NCBI GenBank assembly: GCA_054600435.1
Contig: BAAIJX010000089.1
Coordinates: forward strand, 1 to 54,520
From: Neophaeotheca triangularis
Taxonomy: Eukaryota
Reading direction: 5' to 3'
Length of the DNA: 54,520 nt
Shown here piece after piece: positions 23,637 through 33,352 of the stretch (within the stretch, counting starts at the first letter, position 1; the number at the start of each line of letters is the position of its first letter). A program made the translations under genes and the position numbers. A model generated the notes under the pieces. It was given only the letters and a program-made list of their open reading frames with translations. It had not been told where the DNA came from and ran no database searches.

Positions 23637-24621
23637 GTTGGGTGGAGGGAGAAGCGCGCGATGGTGTGGTGTAGGAGCGCCTTGTCGAGGATTAGATGGT
23701 GGTTTTGAGATGTCGTCGTCGCTGCCAGAGCGGTTATCGCGAGGTCATTGCCGTGCAGTGTTCGTCGCCGTCGTTGTGGGAGGAGTGACTGTGGTAAGGG
23801 AGTTGTTGGTAACGATAGTAGGAGAGTGTATGTCGAGCTTGGGATGGCGCGCGGATAAGGAAGTAGGTATGACAGATTGATGGTGGTAGTATTCGGAGAG
23901 GTGTCCGTTGTATGCGACAGCCAGGGATGTGACGCTGGTGTCGTCTCTTCTTCAAAGCTTAGTGCTACCCCTCGGAGACGTCGCTTTCCACAGCCTTCTT
24001 GACTTCCTATCTGGGACGGGATCGGAGGTACAGAAAGGGGGAAAGAGTTATTATCGTCGAGGTCACGAGAACAGTGGTGGTGATGGTGGTGGTGGTGAGG
24101 GTGTAGATACGTGGTGGTATCGGTATCATCAGTAGTAGCTTGGTATCATTGATGTCTGTCGTGATGTGAATTGCGTGTCGTGTCTCTCTCTGGCGCAGTC
24201 GCTCGGTCGTCGTTGCCGCGGTCCGCTTTGGCTTTCCATGAATAGACCCTCCCGCCCGTCCCTTCTGCAAGGGCACGCCCGGGCCACATACTATTCACCC
24301 ACCTGGGCGTCCATTGAGAAGACGGATCAAGGTAACAATAATACAAGAATATTAATCTCGATTGTTGATGGACGTGTTCATACGGCCTTGTCATGCTGTT
24401 TGTCTTGTCGACCATCGTCCTTTCCTGCTTACCTGGAATTGTAGCATTGGAAGGAAGACATCGCTCCTGCCTCAAGGCCCAACCTGAGATGGCCAGCCTG
24501 CTCCTTGCGCCGCTATGGGATCACTTAAAAGGCTGGTTGAGTCCCTGATCATTCAGAAACGGTACCTCAAGGACAAGATAGTATTTGACTATTCGATTAC
24601 AAAACTTGAGCAAAAAAGGCC

Positions 24622-24626
24622 AAAAA
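24622..24626 (-). terminator. RNA polymerase III T-run terminator downstream of tRNA-Gly
   Basis: TTTTT 3 nt after the tRNA 3' end on the minus strand, with a second T6 run just beyond. Confidence 0.7.
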
Positions 24627-24629
24627 GAA

Positions 24630-24700
24630 TGCATCGGCCGGGAATCGAACCCGGGGCTAGCCGATGGCAACGGCTAATTTTACCACTAAACCACCAATGC
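24630..24700 (-). tRNA. tRNA-Gly (anticodon GCC), intronless
   Basis: GCATTGGTGGTTTAGTGGTAAAATTAGCCGTTGCCATCGGCTAGCCCCGGGTTCGATTCCCGGCCGATGCA. The acceptor stem, D-loop TAGTGGTA, anticodon arm AGCCG-TTGCCAT-CGGCT and T-loop GGTTCGATTCC all fold. Confidence 0.97.
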
Positions 24701-25215
24701 TGTTGAATCCATCATTGCTGATGTGATTCGCTGGTGGTCGAGCGATTGCACCACATATAATGTTTTTTGAAACCCCGAAAACAGGCACGACGCCAACAAT
24801 GGACTCGTTTTGGAACGTGTGGACGGCAAGGCGATTGACACCACAGAATCATGTGGCGAAACTCCTGCACCATTGTACAGGCTCAGTAATCACTATATAA
24901 GAACCTGGAAATGTTCGGATCGCTAAGGTGCCCAGGTAAGGTATATAGTTTCACATGCATGTTGAAGCGACATGCCAACCACGTTTGTTCTCAACAGCCG
25001 AAAGACCTCGGCCTAATTGGAGAGAGCATGCTCCAAGTACGCCCGTAAAGACGAGGAGCATAATCAAAGGAAACGACAACCTTACCCGTTGGCCCATGCC
25101 ACGCCTCGCACTCCCTCGTAGCATACATAGCCTATCAAAACCACCAAACAATACTCTAAACCACCTCCCACACTTCACCAAACCTACCATCCGCACCCTC
25201 GTCAACCCCCCAACC

Positions 25216-26370
25216 ATGGCGACCCTCATCCGGCCTCCAGCGGCCTCTCCCACGGCAGCCCCAATAGAATCGACCCTCGAACTGACCCAACTCTCCGACA
25301 TCGACCCCAACCTCTTCACCAACACTCGGCCCCTCTGGCACCCCCCCGGCGCCCGCGGCATCTACGGCGGCGCAGTGATAGCACAATGCCTAGCAGCGGC
25401 GCAACGCACAGTCCCGGACAACTTCACCGTCCACAGCATGCACTGTTACTTTGTGCTAGCGGGCAACGCGGAAATCCCCATCATCTACCACGTCGAGCAC
25501 GTGCGCGAGGGCAAGAGTTTCGCGACGCGGACGGTGCAAGCGCGTCAACGCGGCAAGCCCATTTTCACGGTGACGATGAGTTTTGTGCGCGAGAACAGCG
25601 GCGGGGAGGAGAAGGTGGAGCATGCGGCGCCGATGCCGGGGGTGCCGGGTCCGGAGGAAGGGGAGGGGACGGATGATAGAGGCGCCAATAGCCCTTTTGC
25701 GAGCCAGAGGATTGAGATTTTGAATCACGATAGCCCGGATGCGCACACGAAGAAGACACGGCAGTGGATCAAGGCGCGGGGGAGGATTAGTGAGGAGGGT
25801 GGGTTTCAGGCGCATTTGAGTGCGTTGGCTTATATGAGTGACTCGTACTTTATTGGGACGGTGGCGAGGGTGCACAAGTTGTGGAGGTATAGTTCGAAGA
25901 AGAACAGTAAGGAGGGAGCGACGGGGGATGGGAAGACCGGGATTACAGCGGAAATGATTGAAGGGTTGAAGAAGATGGACGATGAGACTTTGAAGAGGAT
26001 GCAGGGCATGGATGAGGATGTGATTAATCAATTGAGAAGTGTCGAAGTCAAGAATGGGGAGATTGTTGGTTTCAAGGATAGAAGGCCGGAGATTGGGATG
26101 ATGGTCAGTTTGGATCACACCATTTACTTCCATTCGCCGAGAGACTTCAGGGCGGACGAGTGGCTTTTTACTGAGATGGAGTCGCCTTGGGCTGGGGATG
26201 GGAGAGGTCTGGTGTTTCAGAGGATATACACCAAGGAGGGTAAGCTGGTTGCCAGCTGCGTACAAGAGGTAAGTTACCATCTACCTATTGTCTGCCTGAA
26301 AGCGAACCAATACTGACAGAGCACGCAGGGGCTGGTCCGACTCAAGCAGGGTACAGGCGCGAAGTTGTAG
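25216..26370 (+). CDS. TES1: Acyl-CoA thioesterase II (TesB/Tes1 family), peroxisomal, 2 exons (25216-26268, 26329-26370)
   Basis: GARGIYGGAVIAQ, HSMHCYF, YHVEHVREGKSFATRTVQA, AYMSD, MVSLDHTIYFH and ASCVQE|GLVR. The last exon ends GTGAKL* (PTS1). Confidence 0.92.
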
Positions 26371-26546
26371 TCTTGCGATGTTGCGATCTTCAGGTGGAAT
26401 ATCGTTGAAGGAGGCATCTTGGATGGCTTTCGACCATCTCTTTCTTGCATAGAAGTCGTGCGTGTCTTATTAGAACATATACGAGCATGGTGTAACAACT
26501 CCCACTTTGGAGTAAGCATACCAGGTAATATCTTATACTTTGGGAG

Positions 26547-26553
26547 TGACTCA
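26547..26553 (+). promoter_or_regulatory. Gcn4/CpcA response element (TGACTCA) upstream of LEU4
   Basis: Perfect consensus about 320 bp upstream of an amino-acid biosynthesis gene. Confidence 0.6.
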
Positions 26554-26596
26554 AACGTCCATACATAATATGATACTACTCCGGGTGATATCACAG

Positions 26597-26606
26597 CCGA
26601 TTACGG
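26597..26606. promoter_or_regulatory. Leu3/LeuB-type site CCG-N4-CGG (CCGATTACGG) upstream of LEU4
   Basis: Everted CGG triplets with a 4-bp spacer, matching the Leu3/LeuB consensus, about 265 bp upstream of the ATG. Confidence 0.55.
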
Positions 26607-26868
26607 AGGGGTTGGCTCCAGAGTCCAGGGTCGTCGACCAGCGGCGTCTGCACCCCGCAATGCGACTTGAGCTCTAACATTTTCTTGTAGGGCGCTTCGT
26701 TATTACTCACCAGTACAAACCCAACCACTATCAGAGGCTCGTCTTTCATAGGTAATCCTTCACCGCCTGCTATCACACCTCACTCCTTCGACATAATCCC
26801 TTCTTCTGACCGACTGCATTGTACTGAGCCATATCAGCAGCTCAAGCAGTGAGCAACGGACCACAACC

Positions 26869-28922
26869 ATGCCCATGTAAGCCTCACCAGACCAAACCCA
26901 TACCCAAAGACCACCATCCTCTGAACAAAGCGATAACAGGCTCAAGGATCCCTCCCTCAAATACCAAAAGTTCAAACCCCTCGACATTCCCAACCGACAA
27001 TGGCCTTCCAAGACCCTCGACAAAGTCCCGCGATGGCTGAGCACCGATCTGCGAGACGGCAACCAATCCCTCGTCGACCCCATGGACGGTGATCAGAAAT
27101 GGCGGTACTTCCAGATGTTGGTGCAGCTTGGCTACAAAGAGATTGAAGTCAGCTTTCCCGCCTCGGGCGCTACGGATTTCGACTTCACGAGACGTCTGGT
27201 CACTACTCCAGGTATGGTGCCTGACGATGTTTGGCTGCAAGTCTTGTCACCTTGCCGAAAAGAGTTGATTGGACGAACTGTGGAGAGCTTGAAGGGGGCC
27301 AAGAAGGCGTTGCTGCATTTGTATCTGGCGACAAGCCCGTGCTTCCAGCAGGTTGTTTTCAACATGGACAACGAGCAGTCTCTGGCGCTTGCGGTGGAGT
27401 GCACAAAGTACGCGAGAAGTATCACCAAAGACGACCCAGAACAGGCTGGGACCGAATGGGCTTATGAGTTCTCTCCTGAGACCTTCTCCGACTCAGACCC
27501 GGAGTTTGTCATTCAGGTCTGTGAGGCTGTTAAGGCTGCTTGGGAACCGACAGAGCAGAACCCCATCATCTTCAACTTGCCCGCAACCGTTGAGATGAGC
27601 ACACCAAATGTCTACGCCGACCAAATTGAATACTTTCACACCCACATCTCCGAAAGAGAAAAGGTCTGCATTTCTCTCCACCCGCACAACGACCGGGGAT
27701 GCGCAGTGGCAGCCGCTGAGCTCGCGCAAATGGCTGGAGCAGACCGAGTGGAGGGAACTCTTTTCGGCAACGGCGAGCGGACTGGCAATGTTGATCTCGT
27801 CACCCTCGCCCTTAACCTTTACACTCAAGGCATTCACCCAGGCATCGATTTCAGCGACATCAACAGCGTCATCGACATTGTCGAGAAGTCCAACAAAATC
27901 CCGGTCCATGCACGCGCACCTTATGGTGGCCAACTTGTCTGCGCCGCCTTCTCTGGGTCCCATCAAGATGCTATCAAAAAAGGTTTCAAAGCTCGTCAAG
28001 CTCATGGCACCGACTACGAAGGCCGTTGGCAAGTCCCCTACCTGCCCCTCGACCCTCAAGATATCGGCCGCAACTACGAAGCCATCATCCGCGTGAATTC
28101 GCAATCTGGCAAAGGCGGCGTCGCTTGGATCATCCAACGTACTCTCGAGCTCGACCTACCCCGCGGCCTTCAAGTCGCCTTCTCCAAGATTGTCCAACGC
28201 GAGACAGACATGTTGGGCCGGGAACTGCAGGCCAACGAGATCAAAGATCTCTTCGTCGAATCTTACCACTTGCAAAAGAACCCGCGTTTCAGCTTGGTCG
28301 ACTACGACATCACGACCGATCGTTCTTCCTCCCCGGCGCCGCCGGTAGATGGCAAGAGTGCGTCCAACCGCAACCTCCGCAGGAAGTTCAAGGGTATCAT
28401 CGAGATTGACGGTCGCGAGCACCAGCTCGAGGGCGTAGGCAACGGTGCGCTTTCATCGCTGGCCAATGCTCTGAAGGGATTAGGAATCGATTTGGATGTC
28501 GCCGATTACAAGGAACACGCCATTGGTGTGGGTCGGGATGTCAAGGCTGCCACCTACATTGAATGCACGGCTGCTTCTTCGCATCAGAAAGTGTGGGGTG
28601 TGGGTGTGCACCAGGATGTTGTCCAGGCTAGTTTGATTGCGCTACTGTCGGCGGCGAGCTCTGTAAGTTTGATCCACGCATCACCGGAGCCGTGGCGGAT
28701 CCGCGTGAAGAACATGATGCACTAACTTGCTACCTACCACAGTTCCTCGCCTCCCGCCCAAGCACACCAGGACCTTTCACGGCCAAGCAGGGGAGTACGC
28801 TCAGCCCACTGAGCAAGGGCATGTCGAGTGCACCCAGCAGCGGGCCCGACGCGCAAAGTCATGTTGTTGCACAGCTTGAGGAGAGTGCCGAGAAGAACGG
28901 GACTGCGAACAGAGGGCCGTGA
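26869..28922 (+). CDS. LEU4: 2-isopropylmalate synthase, 3 exons (26869-26876, 26940-28662, 28743-28922)
   Basis: MPMLKDPSLKY..PRWLSTDLRDGNQ, NLPATVE, HPHNDRG, GNGERTGN, IRVNSQSGKGG and the regulatory domain (GNGALSS). Both introns are canonical. Confidence 0.96.
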
Positions 28923-29256
28923 TTTTTTCCGCATCTGCTTTGCTTTTGTTTGTACGCGGTATACCATAAAAGTTCACAATCAAGCATTTTCTTATTATTC
29001 TGAACGTCACGGGCAGTACCTAAGGTTATCTTCACCGCCTCTGAACCCTTGCTACTCCGGCAGAAAAAATGCGGGGTGATGTAAGGAGCAAACGACACGC
29101 GAGGTGCAGGTGGGGCAGCAGATATACATGGGAATCCGGCTTTATCAAAACCAAACCTTCATCCCAAAACCAAACTACCTCTCCAACCCTCCACCACCTC
29201 CAAACCCTAGACCCAAACATAATCCAACCCACACCAACAACCTCAAAGCAAGAAAG

Positions 29257-29976
29257 ATGGCCATCCCTACCTCCACCTCCGTCTCGGAATCCGCCGTCAT
29301 CAAGGCCCCGCTCGCAAAAGTCTGGCACTTCATCAAACTGCAAGACTTCAGCAAGTTCTGGTCCACGCTGCAGAAGAGCGAGTTTGTGACTGAGGGCACC
29401 AGTGGTGAAGCCGATGTCGTGCAGTGGACTTTCAAGGATGGCACCAAGGTTGAGGTCAAGCAGGAGGAGCATTCGGTGAGTTTTCGTCTCCTCTGCCACC
29501 CGGGGGAGGGCTGGGGTTGAGGGTGGTGGGGGGTTGAAGGGCAGGAAGCTGAAGGATGGGGGATGATGGGCTGAGGGATGGACGTGCTGTCGTCTGTACA
29601 ATGGGGAGAGTGGTCCTGCAGCGAGAGAGCGTTTCGTTGACTTTCCGTGTTCTGCCAGACCATCAACCACTACATCACCTACTCGGTCATCACCGCCACG
29701 CCCGAGCTCCCTTACACCAGCGTGCTGAGCACGATCCGCTGCTACGCCGTCACTTCGGGCGAGATGGAGGGCAACACCTTCGTCGAGTGGACTGGCAACT
29801 TCAGCAGCGATGCCGATGCTGGTGAGTAGTCTCTTCACACCCCTCCGTCTTGGAGTTATTCGCGGGCTTTTGGAACGGCGTGCTGACTACGATGGGGTAT
29901 AGGTGTCATCCAGGATGCGAAGTTCAAGCGTCGCGAGGCTTTGGCCGACCTGGCTAAGGTGGCTATGAAGATGTAG
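29257..29976 (+). CDS. Bet v1-like / SRPBCC (polyketide cyclase-like) protein, 3 exons (29257-29475, 29659-29821, 29903-29976)
   Basis: MAIPTSTSVSESAVIKAPLAKVWHFIKLQDFSKFW...YITYSVI...FVEWTGNFSSDADAGVIQDAKFKRREALADL. The introns join three track fragments in frame. Confidence 0.85.
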
Positions 29977-30516
29977 AGGGGACCCACGGGCGACGAATGA
30001 GGAACGATGAAGCTGGCCTGCACACTGGCAAACGGATTGTGCAGAGCTAGTCTGGTTGAGGGCTTCGGCTTTCCCAGCGAGGAGGCTTAGGGCTTGAGGC
30101 AGCAATGATTCATGCACGACTGTACTATACCCAAAAGCAAACGAGATGATGTTCAGCATGCGCCGAACTAGCCTTTTCTGTTACCACATTCCCAACCCTT
30201 CATGTCTCTCTCATTCACTCTCGCGCCGGCCATGGCTTTCCAATTGAAGGGCGCCAAGGACGTACAAATTACCGGGTGACTACTGAGGCATGGAGCTGGC
30301 TTTTATCAGGTACTAGTACTGGACAGTCCCCCAAGGGGATTGCGGCTCGAGCAGTACTGCTCAGATTATAACCTATAACCGCATCGCCTCCGCACATCTT
30401 TCACGATAGCCACCACCTATGAAACCGCAACGTCGGCATTGGCAAGCCTCCCTTGGCAGGCCGCCCAATGTTCGATAGCCGTCCGAGCCTCAAAGTCGGC
30501 CAGAAAATCCCCCCCC

Positions 30517-33352
30517 TCAAACCGTCAAACTCCCACTCAAAGGCAGCTTCCTACTACTAGCCTCAACCCAAACACTATACTCACCGCGCTGCAACCTCCA
30601 CTTCTGGGCAACAACATCCCACTTGGACAAATCACGCCTATTGAGCTCGAAATACACCTCGGCGCTCTTGCCCGCCTGAATCTTGGTCTTCTCAAACCCT
30701 CGCAACTGCTTGACCGGACCGCCAGGGGTGCCGACATACAGTTGCGCGACTTCGGCGGCCTCGCAATCACCCGTGTTCTCCACGCGGGCTTTGACGGTGA
30801 ACAGCTTGTCCCATAAGTCGACGGCGCCGCCCTGGCTGATTTCGCCCGTGGGGTACTCCGCGGTGTTGCCGCCGCAGATTTCAATCTGCAGGCCCGAGTA
30901 GCTGAAAGTGGTGTAAGTGAGTCCGTGACCGAATTCGTAACGCGGTTCGAGGCCCGCTCTGTCGAAGGCGCGGTAGTCGAGGTAGACGCCCTCGGAGAAG
31001 TCGTCTTGGGGGAAGAGCTCGAAGCGGCCCTCGGCCTCGGTGTGGTTGAGGAGAGCGCCGTAGTCGGTTTCGTTCTTGGCGACGGTGTAAGGGAGGCGGC
31101 CGGAGGGGGAGACGTCGCCGCAGAGGAGCGCGGCTAGGGAGCGGCCGGCGTCTTGGCCGGGGAGGTGGGCGTACATGATTGCTGTGACGTTGGGGTGCGA
31201 TTCGAAATTGTCGACGAGGCGGATGCCGGCGTTGTGGATCACTACTATTGTGTTTGAGCATTGGTCTGCGACGTTGAGGACGAAGCTGTCGGAAAACTGG
31301 CAGTGGTCGTATTAGTACGGGACCTAGTGTTGGCAGAGGTGTCTGGGAAAACTTACATCGTCGTGTAGGCTGGTCCTATCAAAACTCTCCGAGGCAAAAG
31401 CGTTGATGAAGACGATGCAAGCATCCGACTCGGGTTCGACTAGGGGGTTTGCATTGCTAAAATCCCAGAAGAGATTGGTGTCGTCCTGGTAGGCACGCTC
31501 AGCAAGCGCATCGTAAGGGCTCGAGATGTAAGCAGGCTCGTTTGCTCCACTACCCCCGCCCCCGATCAAAAGGCCTCCGCCAAGGTAATTGGCTACGCCG
31601 TTGGGGGATCCTTGTTGAAGTTCAGCCTTCCGTGCTTCGCTGACAGCGTAGTAGCCGAGGTTCCATCCAAGCCCGCCAGCGTTGAATACTTCCGATGTCT
31701 TGCCGTCATAGCCGTAGAGGGATAACAGCTTCGGTGACTTGAGTGGTAGTGCGTTATTCTCGTTCTTGATGAGGACGTGGCCCTCGAGGGCTCCTCTGAA
31801 CAGGACAGGTTTGGATCTCGGGTCTTTACCGTTGACTTTCTCGTGAGGTGCGTTGATGTCGGACGGCATGCCGATGCCCGGTGTAGGGAAACCAGAGTCT
31901 TGGCCTACTTTGTACCATGAGGCCAAGATGCTGTCAAGAGTCAGCACGCTTCCCAGGCTCGGACGTGTCGTCGGTTTCCGTTGGTTGACTGTATATCACA
32001 GCTACCTAGCCGAAAAAGGCGGGTGGATTTACTCGCCGAGTTACCATATCATCGAGCCGGGATTCGGGCAGGCTGCCGTTGTTGACCGCAATGGTTAGGT
32101 TACCTTGCCAAGTGCTAGAAACAGGCATAACCATGTCGAGGCCTGCAAGGGCATCTGAAATGCCACCATGTTGCTGTCGCTCCAAGTTAGCAGATAAACT
32201 TTGAACGAGGAGGCGAGTCATGGCTTACTGCTGCCCAGTCCGTAACCACGTGGCCCTGGAATCCCAGGTCACCTTTCAGAATACCGTTCTGCAACTTGCT
32301 GTTCCCACAAGAGTAGCTGTTGTTAACTCTCTGGTAGGCGCACATGATTGAACCAGTTCCGGCGCGAACGGCATCTTGGAAGGGCCAAAGGTACATTTCA
32401 TGAAGAGTCTTGTCGTCGATGTTGGAAGACAATGATTCGATCTTTGCACCTGTGTCAGGATCCATGAGCGGGAGGCGGTTGAGCTCTTGCTCGTTTCCCT
32501 AAGTGGCGTGTCAGTCTAAGCCCCTTGCCCACCAGGACTCAAGTGGGAAATCTTACGATGAAGTGCTTGGTGCAGGATGTCACGCCAGCCTCCTCAATGC
32601 CAGAAACCGTGGTAGATGCCAGCGCTCCGCACAGGTAGGGATCGTTGGAGAAGCCCTCCCAGTTGCGTCGACCGAGAGCAACTCGGCCTATGAGGCAGTC
32701 AGTCAGCGCTGTTCGTCACATTCTGTAGAAGCATCCGACTTACCTATGGGACCAACGACAGGACCGAGCAGGATCGAGACCCCTTTTCGGTAGAATTCGC
32801 CAGCCATATGCAGGCCTCTCATGTAGGACAAGTCCTTGTTCCAGCTTGCGCCCACCGAGATGCCGCTTAGGTAAGCATTGACATAATCGGTCGAGCGAAG
32901 ACCATTCCCAGCATCCGAAAGGCATATACCGGGGAAGACGAGACGAGGAATGCCTGGGATATAACCCGAGCAACCATCCGCATCGCTTTTGACGCCAAAG
33001 GTCAGATTCTGCTTCTCCTCCAAAGTAAGCTGCGAGACAAATGCCTCAGCCTTGGCGTAGGCTTCGGCCCATTGTCCTGTACCGGACCCTTGGGCTGTGA
33101 AGGTATTGGTGGCGTGGCTGCGAAATCGAATCGAAGGTCCACTCACGTGTTGGGTAAACCGGGGGCGATTGGCCGTAGAAGTAAGTATCGTCTTGGATGA
33201 GGGAACTGTTGCTTTGCCCCAACACACTCGCGGCGAGTAGAGGCAGTCCTATAATGCTGAGACAGGTGGTAAGAGGCTTGTGTCTTGATTGGAATGTGAG
33301 GTGCGAGGTTTGCTGGCGATGTAGGGTTCGAGGGCCCCCTCTTATACCCCAT
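30517..33352 (-). CDS. Secreted GH3 beta-glucosidase (multi-exon; start codon uncertain)
   Basis: [40 protein letters not shown] (catalytic nucleophile), [31 protein letters not shown] and FnIII C-terminus. The exons splice in frame with no internal stops if a GC-AG intron (32036-31931) is allowed. Confidence 0.9.

Noticed and set aside
25456..29838. Minus-strand ORFs of 214-274 aa opposite TES1, LEU4 and the Bet v1 gene
   Set aside because: Antisense shadows with no independent coding signal.
25216..29976. Secondary-metabolite cluster (thioesterase + isopropylmalate synthase + cyclase-like protein)
   Set aside because: All three look like ordinary housekeeping orthologues (PTS1-bearing Tes1, full-length Leu4 with regulatory domain and Gcn4/Leu3 sites), and no PKS/NRPS is present in the window.
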